From positions 1-13,222 of the forward strand of contig CBDCYW010000008.1 in assembly GCA_965224245.1 (NCBI GenBank): a stretch of 13,222 nt of DNA. The letters are read 5' to 3'. Origin of the DNA: Candidatus Eiseniibacteriota bacterium (GTDB lineage: Bacteria > Eisenbacteria > RBG-16-71-46 > CAZAMP01). Positions 7,268 to 13,222 of this stretch are shown here, in pieces. The translations under genes were made by a program, and so were the position numbers. Each line of letters starts with the position of its first letter. The stretch's first letter is position 1. The notes beneath the pieces were generated by a model that did not search any database, was not told the origin of the DNA, and saw nothing but the letters and a program-made list of their open reading frames with translations.

Positions 7268-7933
7268 TCATTGGTTACTTACCGCGTGGCGGCGCGAACT
7301 GTCCGGTTTGTACACGCTCGCGATGGCACCGACGTACTCACCCATCCCGTGATCCGTGAAGTGGGTGCGGATCTTGCGAAGGCGGCGATAGAGTGCCGAC
7401 CGTGAGATCCCCAGCATCCGGGCGACAGCCGATGTCGTCTCGATCGCCAGAAGAGCGCAGATCCGCTGGTCGGCCATCGCCAGCCGACTCACGACACGAC
7501 GCACGTCCACACGTCGCCCGATCGCGTCACCGGTGCTGTCCGTGTGCCGGATCTGCGAGTGCAACCACTGCCCTTGCGTACTGGCTGCGGCGCCCGGGCT
7601 TCTATAGGGCGAGTCGTCGTCGAGCGAACCTGCGACCCGGAACACGCAGCGCTTCTCGCGAAGCGCATGCTCGATGATCCGGCGACCCGCGTTGCGCACG
7701 ACACGATCGGCGAATGTGGCGTACGTACCCCGACCCGGGTCGAACCGAGTGGAACGGCGCAGGAGTTCGAGAAGAAGCGTCTGCTCGATGTCGGCGAGGT
7801 CGTCGTGGCGGTGGCGGAGTGCTGGGTGACGGAGTAGGCGACGGGCTTTGTATCGGACAGTGGATCGAACGGGGGCGGGGATGCTGGGGACTCCAAGGCG
7901 TGACTCGGCTGGGCGGGTCGCTGGGCCTGGCAT
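7268..7933 (-). CDS. Sigma-70-like (region 2 plus region 4 HTH) transcription factor of phage-like elements, 221 aa
   Basis: Region-2-like DLADIEQTLLLELLRRSTRFDPGRGTYATFADRVVRN; C-terminal HTH TTSAVARMLGISRSALYRRLRKIR. ATG at 7933 preceded by AGGTGG. Confidence 0.75.
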   Translation of the reverse strand: MPGPATRPAESRLGVPSIPAPVRSTVRYKARRLLRHPALRHRHDDLADIEQTLLLELLRRSTRFDPGRGTYATFADRVVRNAGRRIIEHALREKRCVFRVAGSLDDDSPYRSPGAAASTQGQWLHSQIRHTDSTGDAIGRRVDVRRVVSRLAMADQRICALLAIETTSAVARMLGISRSALYRRLRKIRTHFTDHGMGEYVGAIASVYKPDSSRRHAVSNQ

Positions 7934-8093
7934 GATCTGACCACCTATCTGCGCCCTGGTGGAGCGCATGAAAGGCGGTCCCCGATGGCGAGGCCCAGCG
8001 ACGGTTGTCACGCCATCGAGGACCGCGCCGAATCCGGTGCCCGGATTCTCAATCGACTGAAGGTCGCCGGACCTCAGCCTTGCGTCAGGGTTT

Positions 8094-8144
8094 GTAGATC
8101 ATTTCCCAGCAAGCGTTTGAGACGAAGGCGATCTACGTAGATCA
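8094..8144. promoter_or_regulatory. Candidate operator: perfect 14-bp palindrome plus an extra half-site upstream of the sigma-rep operon
   Basis: GATCTACGTAGATC at 8130-8143; GTAGATCA at both 8094-8101 and 8137-8144. Confidence 0.35.
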
Positions 8145-9482
8145 GGGGCTGACCACCTCCTCGGCCCCCCTGATGGCGAGCCACACCTGTCCGAGTTCCG
8201 CGGAGCTGATGGAGTCGTAAGCGATGAGGTTCCGATCCAGGTCTGCCTTCTCGAGCACTCCTCGAAGCGCTGCGACCAGACTCCGGACTCTGCCTACCAG
8301 TCGTGTGTAGTCGGTGCGGCCGTCGGCCAGTTCGGTAGCGCTCTCGGGGTAGACGTCATGGATGATCGTGGACACCTGCACGGGTGCCGGGGCGGCAGCA
8401 AGTAGTTGCCACAGCAGCGTCATCTGCTTGGACGGCGACAGCTCGAACTCGCCGACCGGGGTCTCTCCGTCTTCGAAGCGTACCGCGAGCTTGCCATCGT
8501 CGGTGATCATGTACGTCGCGAGGTAGTGATCGGTCTCGCTCGCTGTCGGCGCAGGTTTCGTCACCTGCGTCCAGTAGCGCGCGGTATTCGTCACCGCAGG
8601 CGAGAGTCGCGTCGCAACTGCACGCACCTCGCGCCGGAGCGCGTTCGTCAACTCGCCTGTACTCGATGCGCCCTCACAGAGCTGTCGAACATGCTCAGAG
8701 CCCATCCATCGAATGACTACGTCCGCGAATACAGCCGCGGACCCGTCGGTCTCGATCCAGGCGGGATCGATCGAGAGTCGTGCCATAGCACCCGCGTGCG
8801 GCCAAGTCAGCATCGCGATGCACGGCAGCTCCTGGTCCGTAACACCAAGCCGCCTGCACACATCGTGTGCAGTCAGTCCGAGTAGGTGATTGAGGCCGGA
8901 TGTGGTGAACCCATCGGTGGCCGCACGCAACTCGGCGCTATCACGTGCAGTCAACTCGGCGAGCGCATCGGAGTGCTGGCTGACAGCTACTGGCCCCGAG
9001 TGCTGCGGGTCGCCTGGAATGGCGAAGTAGACAACGTCGTTTGATGCACGATCGATACGACCGAAGAAGCTCCGAAACACCTGCGCGGCGCGGCTCTCCT
9101 CGCCAACGTATAGACCGAGCGCGTAGACCCACGGTGGTCCTTCGGGCTTGGCAGCTCGATCCGGCGAGTCGATGATCGCCGTGTCCCGCAACGTCAGTGA
9201 TGGTTCAGCAGACGTGGGGCTCGGCCCGACACGTAGTGCAGACTCCGCGGAAGCGTATCGCCCGGCACCCTTCTTCGATCCCGCGTCCCCGACCTTCGTG
9301 CGATAGCCTCCACCTTCCGAGAAGCTACCCGTCGCAGACGCACCCCCCGGGTCACCGCGTTGACTACTACCGGAACTCCCACTGCCCTGGGTTGGCGACG
9401 CAGGGCCACCAACTCCGTGGCCGCTCTGCTTGCCTGACCAGCCGAAGAGACTACCGCCGCCCTTGTTCGCTGATTGCGCCAT
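8142..9482 (-). CDS. Hypothetical protein: Gly/Ser-rich N-terminus, central alpha/beta (possibly thioredoxin-like) domain and C-terminal OmpR-like winged helix; putative regulator, 446 aa
   Basis: Long ORF; ATG at 9482 with an AGGAG RBS. C-terminal FELSPSKQMTLLWQLLAAAPAPV....IIHDVYP...RVRSLVAALRGVL follows the OmpR/PhoB wHTH pattern. Central AHDVCRRLGVTDQELPCIAML resembles the cis-Pro loop region of thioredoxin folds. Confidence 0.65.
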   Translation of the reverse strand: MAQSANKGGGSLFGWSGKQSGHGVGGPASPTQGSGSSGSSQRGDPGGASATGSFSEGGGYRTKVGDAGSKKGAGRYASAESALRVGPSPTSAEPSLTLRDTAIIDSPDRAAKPEGPPWVYALGLYVGEESRAAQVFRSFFGRIDRASNDVVYFAIPGDPQHSGPVAVSQHSDALAELTARDSAELRAATDGFTTSGLNHLLGLTAHDVCRRLGVTDQELPCIAMLTWPHAGAMARLSIDPAWIETDGSAAVFADVVIRWMGSEHVRQLCEGASSTGELTNALRREVRAVATRLSPAVTNTARYWTQVTKPAPTASETDHYLATYMITDDGKLAVRFEDGETPVGEFELSPSKQMTLLWQLLAAAPAPVQVSTIIHDVYPESATELADGRTDYTRLVGRVRSLVAALRGVLEKADLDRNLIAYDSISSAELGQVWLAIRGAEEVVSP

Positions 9483-9633
9483 GTCTTCTCTCCTAGTCCG
9501 CTCCAATGAGGTTTCGAGATTCGAGCGCCGACGAATGCCGCCGGTCACATTTCAACTCAACGCGGTATGTAAACACACGGAGGCACACTGCCAAAGAGGT
9601 CGCGCCGAAACACCAGACGACACAAGTTACTTG

Positions 9634-9653
9634 ACCACCGGGACTTACGGCGT
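9634..9653 (+). repeat. 20-bp direct repeat, copy 2 (copy 1 at 242-261)
   Basis: 18/20 identity with 242-261; lies in the divergent intergenic region 9483-9874. Confidence 0.6.
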
Positions 9654-9874
9654 ACCTCGGAGATTCTCAGGAGAAGTCATCCGACCATGGCTAGTTCCCC
9701 GCGAACCGACGTGCAATCTGCGAGTCAGGTCCGACTTCGAGGTGCGCTTTCTCAGATCCTCGCCAGCGGCTATCTCCGACTTTGCACCGACGAGTCCGGC
9801 GACGATCCACTTGATGTCCCCGCCGACGAGAGCGTCCATGTCCCCACGGTTGACACCCCCAGCGAGGAGGGCCC

Positions 9875-10366
9875 GTGAGCCTGGACCTGGATCGAGAGCT
9901 GGAGACGCTCAGGGGCATGACGGTCGCCGAGCTTCAGCACCGCTACCGGGAGGTGTGGGGCGAGGAGACGCGCGCGCATTCGAAACGCCACCTGGTGAAG
10001 CGGATCGCCTGGAAGCTCCAGGCCGACGCCGAGGGCTTCTCGGGGCATCCTGAGGCGGTGATGGCGCGCGCCCGGGAGCTGGCGGACTTCGCCTTCCTGC
10101 GGACGCGACCCCCGTCTAACGCCGAGGCCGGCGTCCACACGTCGCCTCGCGTCCGCAAGCGTCTGCAATCACGTGATCTCAACCTCCCACCCACTGGCAC
10201 CGTGCTCCGCCGCGAGTATCGAGGCCGCGTCCTGGAGTGCCGCGTCCTCGAGCACGGCTTCGAGTTCGACGGCGAGGTGTACCGCTCGCTCAGCGGGGCG
10301 GCGAGGGCGGCCACGGGCGTGAACTGGAACGGCAAGGTGTTCTGGCTCAAGGGAGCGAGGGACTGA
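9875..10366 (+). CDS. DUF2924 domain protein (typical partner upstream of large serine recombinases), 163 aa
   Basis: MTVAELQHRYREVWG, LVKRIAWKLQ, PPTGTVLRREYRG, GFEFDGEVYRSLSGAARAATGVNWNGKVFW. GTG start with a GAGGAGG RBS. Confidence 0.9.
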   Translation: MSLDLDRELETLRGMTVAELQHRYREVWGEETRAHSKRHLVKRIAWKLQADAEGFSGHPEAVMARARELADFAFLRTRPPSNAEAGVHTSPRVRKRLQSRDLNLPPTGTVLRREYRGRVLECRVLEHGFEFDGEVYRSLSGAARAATGVNWNGKVFWLKGARD

Positions 10367-10368
10367 CG

Positions 10369-11919
10369 ATGGCCGTCCTGTCGACGAGAACCCGCAACGG
10401 CAAGCGCCACGAGGCCGTGGTCGTCCGGTGTGCCGTGTACTGCCGCGTCTCTGTCGACGACGCCCCCGACCAGGCTTTCGGCTCTACGGAAGCCCAGCAG
10501 GAGGCCGTCCTGGCCTACATCGCGAGCCAGCGCCACGCGGGCTGGACCGCCCTCCCCGACGTCTACGAGGACCGAGGCTTCAGCGGCGGCGACACGCGAC
10601 GACCCGCGTTCCAGCGCCTGCTCCGCGACGTCGAGGCCGGCGAGATCGACCGCATCGTCGTGCACCGCATCGATCGCCTCAGCCGTAGCCTCGCCGACTT
10701 CGTGAGGATCATGGAAACGCTCGACCGTCATGGCGTCGGACTCGTCAGCGTGACCCAGCAGCTCGACACGACGAGTTCGATGGGCAAGCTGACGATGAAC
10801 CTGCTTTTCTCGTTCGCGGAATTCGAAAGGTCCATGATCTGCGAGCGGACGCGGGACAAGATGCGGGCGGCGCGTCGTCGGGGCCAGTGGACGGGCGGTG
10901 TTCCCGTGCTCGGCTACGACATCGTCGACGGTGGCGGTGGCATCGTGGTCAACGAGGGCGAGGCCGAGCGCGTTCGAGCGATCTTCGCGACCTATCTGGA
11001 GACGCGATCCCTCGCGGCCACCGTCGCTGAGTTGCGACGTCGAGGCTGGACCACGAAGCGCTGGACCTCAGAAGCGGGCAAGACATACGGCGGCAACGAC
11101 TTCGGTAAGTCGACCCTCCAGAAGCTCCTGACGAACGTGCTTTACGCCGGCCGCATCCGTGCGGGCGACGAGACCGTGGAGGCCGAGCACGCGGCGATCG
11201 TCGACGTCCGGACATTCGAGGCGGCCCAGGCGTGCCTTCGCGACAACCGGGTCACGAACGGCTCGGCCCCGAAGACGAAGCGCACAGCGATGCTCGCGGG
11301 CCTCCTCCGCTGCGCGGCCTGCGACGCCGCGATGACCCGGACCGCCACGACGAAGGGCAAGCGACGCTACAAGTACTACACCTGCACCCGTCGCCAGAAG
11401 GAAGGCGCCCACGTCTGCGCCACCGCTCCGGTCGCCGCTGGCGAGATCGAACGCTTCGTCGTCGACCAGATCCGGGGCATCGGCAGCGACCCCAATCTGA
11501 TTGCCGCCACCGTCGCGTCCGCGAAGGCCCAGGCGAAGGCTCGCGCAAAGGAGCTCGGCAACGACGTCCGCATGTTCGACGCCGAGATCAAGCAGCTCCG
11601 AGGAGAACTCCACCGCGGACGTGGCGATGGCGACGACGATCGTGTCACCGAGATCACGCGACGCCTCAAGACCACCGAGCGTCGCCGCCGTGTGGCCCAC
11701 GAGACGCTCACCGCCGTCCGTGGCCGCACGATCAACCGCACGGGCGTGTCGGAAGCCCTGTCGGAGTTCGATGCGCTGTGGGAGCGTTTGACGGCGCGTG
11801 AGAAGGCCGACGCGTTGGGGCTGCTGGTCGAGACCGTCAGCTACGACGGGGCGTCGGGCGAGGTGGCGATCACGTTTCGTGAGGGTGCGGCCTCGCTTCT
11901 GCCCGGAGGTGGCCCGTGA
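10369..11919 (+). CDS. Large serine recombinase (resolvase catalytic domain, recombinase domain, Zn-ribbon, coiled coil), 516 aa
   Basis: CAVYCRVS (catalytic Ser), YEDRGFSGG..RRPAFQRLL, HRIDRLSRS, FAEFERSMICER, GGVPVLGY, LAGLLRCAAC...YYTC. ATG at 10369, 2 bp after the DUF2924 stop. Confidence 0.95.
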   Translation: MAVLSTRTRNGKRHEAVVVRCAVYCRVSVDDAPDQAFGSTEAQQEAVLAYIASQRHAGWTALPDVYEDRGFSGGDTRRPAFQRLLRDVEAGEIDRIVVHRIDRLSRSLADFVRIMETLDRHGVGLVSVTQQLDTTSSMGKLTMNLLFSFAEFERSMICERTRDKMRAARRRGQWTGGVPVLGYDIVDGGGGIVVNEGEAERVRAIFATYLETRSLAATVAELRRRGWTTKRWTSEAGKTYGGNDFGKSTLQKLLTNVLYAGRIRAGDETVEAEHAAIVDVRTFEAAQACLRDNRVTNGSAPKTKRTAMLAGLLRCAACDAAMTRTATTKGKRRYKYYTCTRRQKEGAHVCATAPVAAGEIERFVVDQIRGIGSDPNLIAATVASAKAQAKARAKELGNDVRMFDAEIKQLRGELHRGRGDGDDDRVTEITRRLKTTERRRRVAHETLTAVRGRTINRTGVSEALSEFDALWERLTAREKADALGLLVETVSYDGASGEVAITFREGAASLLPGGGP

Positions 11920-12248
11920 GCGTGACCATTCGCGCCACCTTTCGCCCCGAAACTGCCCCTACCTCCGAGCCCGATGTCCCTGTCGTACCCCGATCGGCCC
12001 GATTGATGGCCCTGGCGCTGGTCCTCGACGAGATGGTGCGCGATGGGCGGGTGAACTCGTACGCCGAGGTGGCCCGAGTCGCTGGGGTGTCGAGGGCGCG
12101 GCTCTCGCAGATCACGGCGCTGCTCGGGCTGGCGCCGGACATCCAGGTGGGGCTGCTTGATGGGACGGTCGTGGTGGGGGAGCGGCGGTTGAGAGAGGTG
12201 CTACGGTCGGCCCGGTGGGCGGATCAGCGGCTGACCGTTGCGCCATGA
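11916..12248 (+). CDS. Small HTH protein coupled to the recombinase, 110 aa
   Basis: ARLMALAL..DEMVRDGRVNSYAEVARVAGVSRARLSQITALLGLAPDIQ is HTH-like and resembles the tail or partner ORF of DUF2924-linked recombinases; GTGA overlap. Confidence 0.8.
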   Translation: MSVTIRATFRPETAPTSEPDVPVVPRSARLMALALVLDEMVRDGRVNSYAEVARVAGVSRARLSQITALLGLAPDIQVGLLDGTVVVGERRLREVLRSARWADQRLTVAP

Positions 12249-12260
12249 CTCGAGCCAATC

Positions 12261-13076
12261 CTAGGTCGACTCAAGCGACGCCAGGCGCTCAAGCAGAGCA
12301 TCATTCAGAAGGTCCGCGTCCCGGCCGTGATGCGCCTCCCGGTGGCAATTCGGGCAGATCGCAGCCACGAACCGAGGGTGGTCAGGTCCGCCGTCGGCAA
12401 CTCGTAGAATGTGATGTGGTTCCAGATACGGGCGCCGCTGCCTTGTTTCGAATGGTGCCGGCTTCCCACACGCCTCGCATGTGCCGTTCGCACGTCTCAG
12501 CACATACACTCGAACGGCTGCGCTGCGTCGGCGGACATTGCTGCGCCGCTCAGTGGGCGTCGTCTGAACTGGGGGAGCCGAGACCGCCAACACACGCACG
12601 GAGTCGAGCGGCATGCTCCAGAGCCTATTGATCGGCTGCGCGGAGAGTGACTCCGGCATCGCTCCATCCGACGTCGTTACGAGTTCCAGCTCAAAGATGA
12701 TTGCGCTTCGTGGCACTCCATCGTGATCTGGGCGTTCCTCGGTGTGGTGACCGACATACCGCCCCTCGCCGAAATATCGAACGTTGCCAGACCCAACATC
12801 CTCAAACATGTAGATGGACTTCCCGTTACGCTCGTGGTCGCGGATCGCTAGGTTGCCACGCACCATCTCCATGTCACCGCGCTGGCCTTCGCCTGTGTAC
12901 CAGTAGAGTCCATCATCGCGGAACTCGTCCCGGTATCCGTGTGCGTGTCCGGAGTCGCCGGTGAAGATAAACACCGCGGGCAGACCACGCGGCGTGCAGA
13001 TCCCGCCCTGTCTCTGACCCCCGTAGCGATCGTGGATGTCGCGTCTGCGATTGTAGATGCGCCCAAGGTCGAACAT
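12261..13076 (-). CDS. HNH endonuclease with an N-terminal SRA-like domain; putative modification-dependent (type IV, McrA-like) restriction enzyme, 271 aa
   Basis: N-terminal YNRRRDIHDRYGGQRQGGI, GY.D, YTGEGQRGDM, GNLAI (SRA-like). C-terminal CEAC...YLEPHH...GGPDHP..VAAICPNCHREAH (Zn-binding HNH). ATG at 13076 with a GGAGG RBS. Confidence 0.85.
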   Translation of the reverse strand: MFDLGRIYNRRRDIHDRYGGQRQGGICTPRGLPAVFIFTGDSGHAHGYRDEFRDDGLYWYTGEGQRGDMEMVRGNLAIRDHERNGKSIYMFEDVGSGNVRYFGEGRYVGHHTEERPDHDGVPRSAIIFELELVTTSDGAMPESLSAQPINRLWSMPLDSVRVLAVSAPPVQTTPTERRSNVRRRSAAVRVYVLRRANGTCEACGKPAPFETRQRRPYLEPHHILRVADGGPDHPRFVAAICPNCHREAHHGRDADLLNDALLERLASLEST

Positions 13077-13222
13077 TGTTGGCGGCCCTCCATATTGCCG
13101 CGAGGAGACGTGCCACCCGAAAAGCGCACGTCCCCTCTCCGGGCTCGGCATCGTACCAGATTTCTACTAGAATGCGGCGGAGCTTCAATTGTGCTGGACT
13201 ATTCGGGGGCGCTATGGCGGAA

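Larger units (their letters stand above)
1404..12248. mobile_element. Integrative phage-like element or satellite core (serine recombinase, replication, methylation and terminase modules); true boundaries unknown and probably extend to include the TIR and HNH genes
   Basis: Co-located large serine recombinase, DUF2924, O-like initiator with iterons, DnaB, MTase, ParB-like protein and terminase genes. No housekeeping genes in the window. Confidence 0.8.

Noticed and set aside
9430-10053. ORF 9430..10053 (+, 207 aa) spanning the divergent intergenic region
   Set aside because: TTG start without an RBS, overlaps two better-supported genes, no recognisable domain.
4150-13076. MTase plus HNH nuclease as a type II restriction-modification pair
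   Set aside because: They are ~7 kb apart in different modules, and the nuclease has an SRA-like modified-base reader, pointing to type IV activity.

Overview
High-GC window that looks like a compact integrative, phage-derived element. Its right part holds an integration module on the + strand: DUF2924 protein, large serine recombinase and a small HTH protein. A long minus-strand run follows leftwards. It starts with a Gly/Ser-rich protein with a C-terminal winged-helix-like domain and a sigma-70-like HTH protein. Next come a short lambda-O-like initiator containing four palindromic iterons and an AT-rich tract (origin), a DnaB helicase, a Dam-like N6-adenine methyltransferase, a ParB-like protein, a probable TerS and a GpA-type TerL. 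No portal, capsid or tail gene follows TerL within the window. Two likely anti-phage genes sit at the ends: a standalone TIR-domain gene (left) and an SRA-like/HNH nuclease (right). The most unexpected signal is a pair of related ~70-bp sites with inverted-repeat ends (49-123 and 1339-1405). Each begins immediately after a stop codon, and together they bracket the TIR gene like a cassette. All protein calls come from motif recognition by eye; no searches were run.
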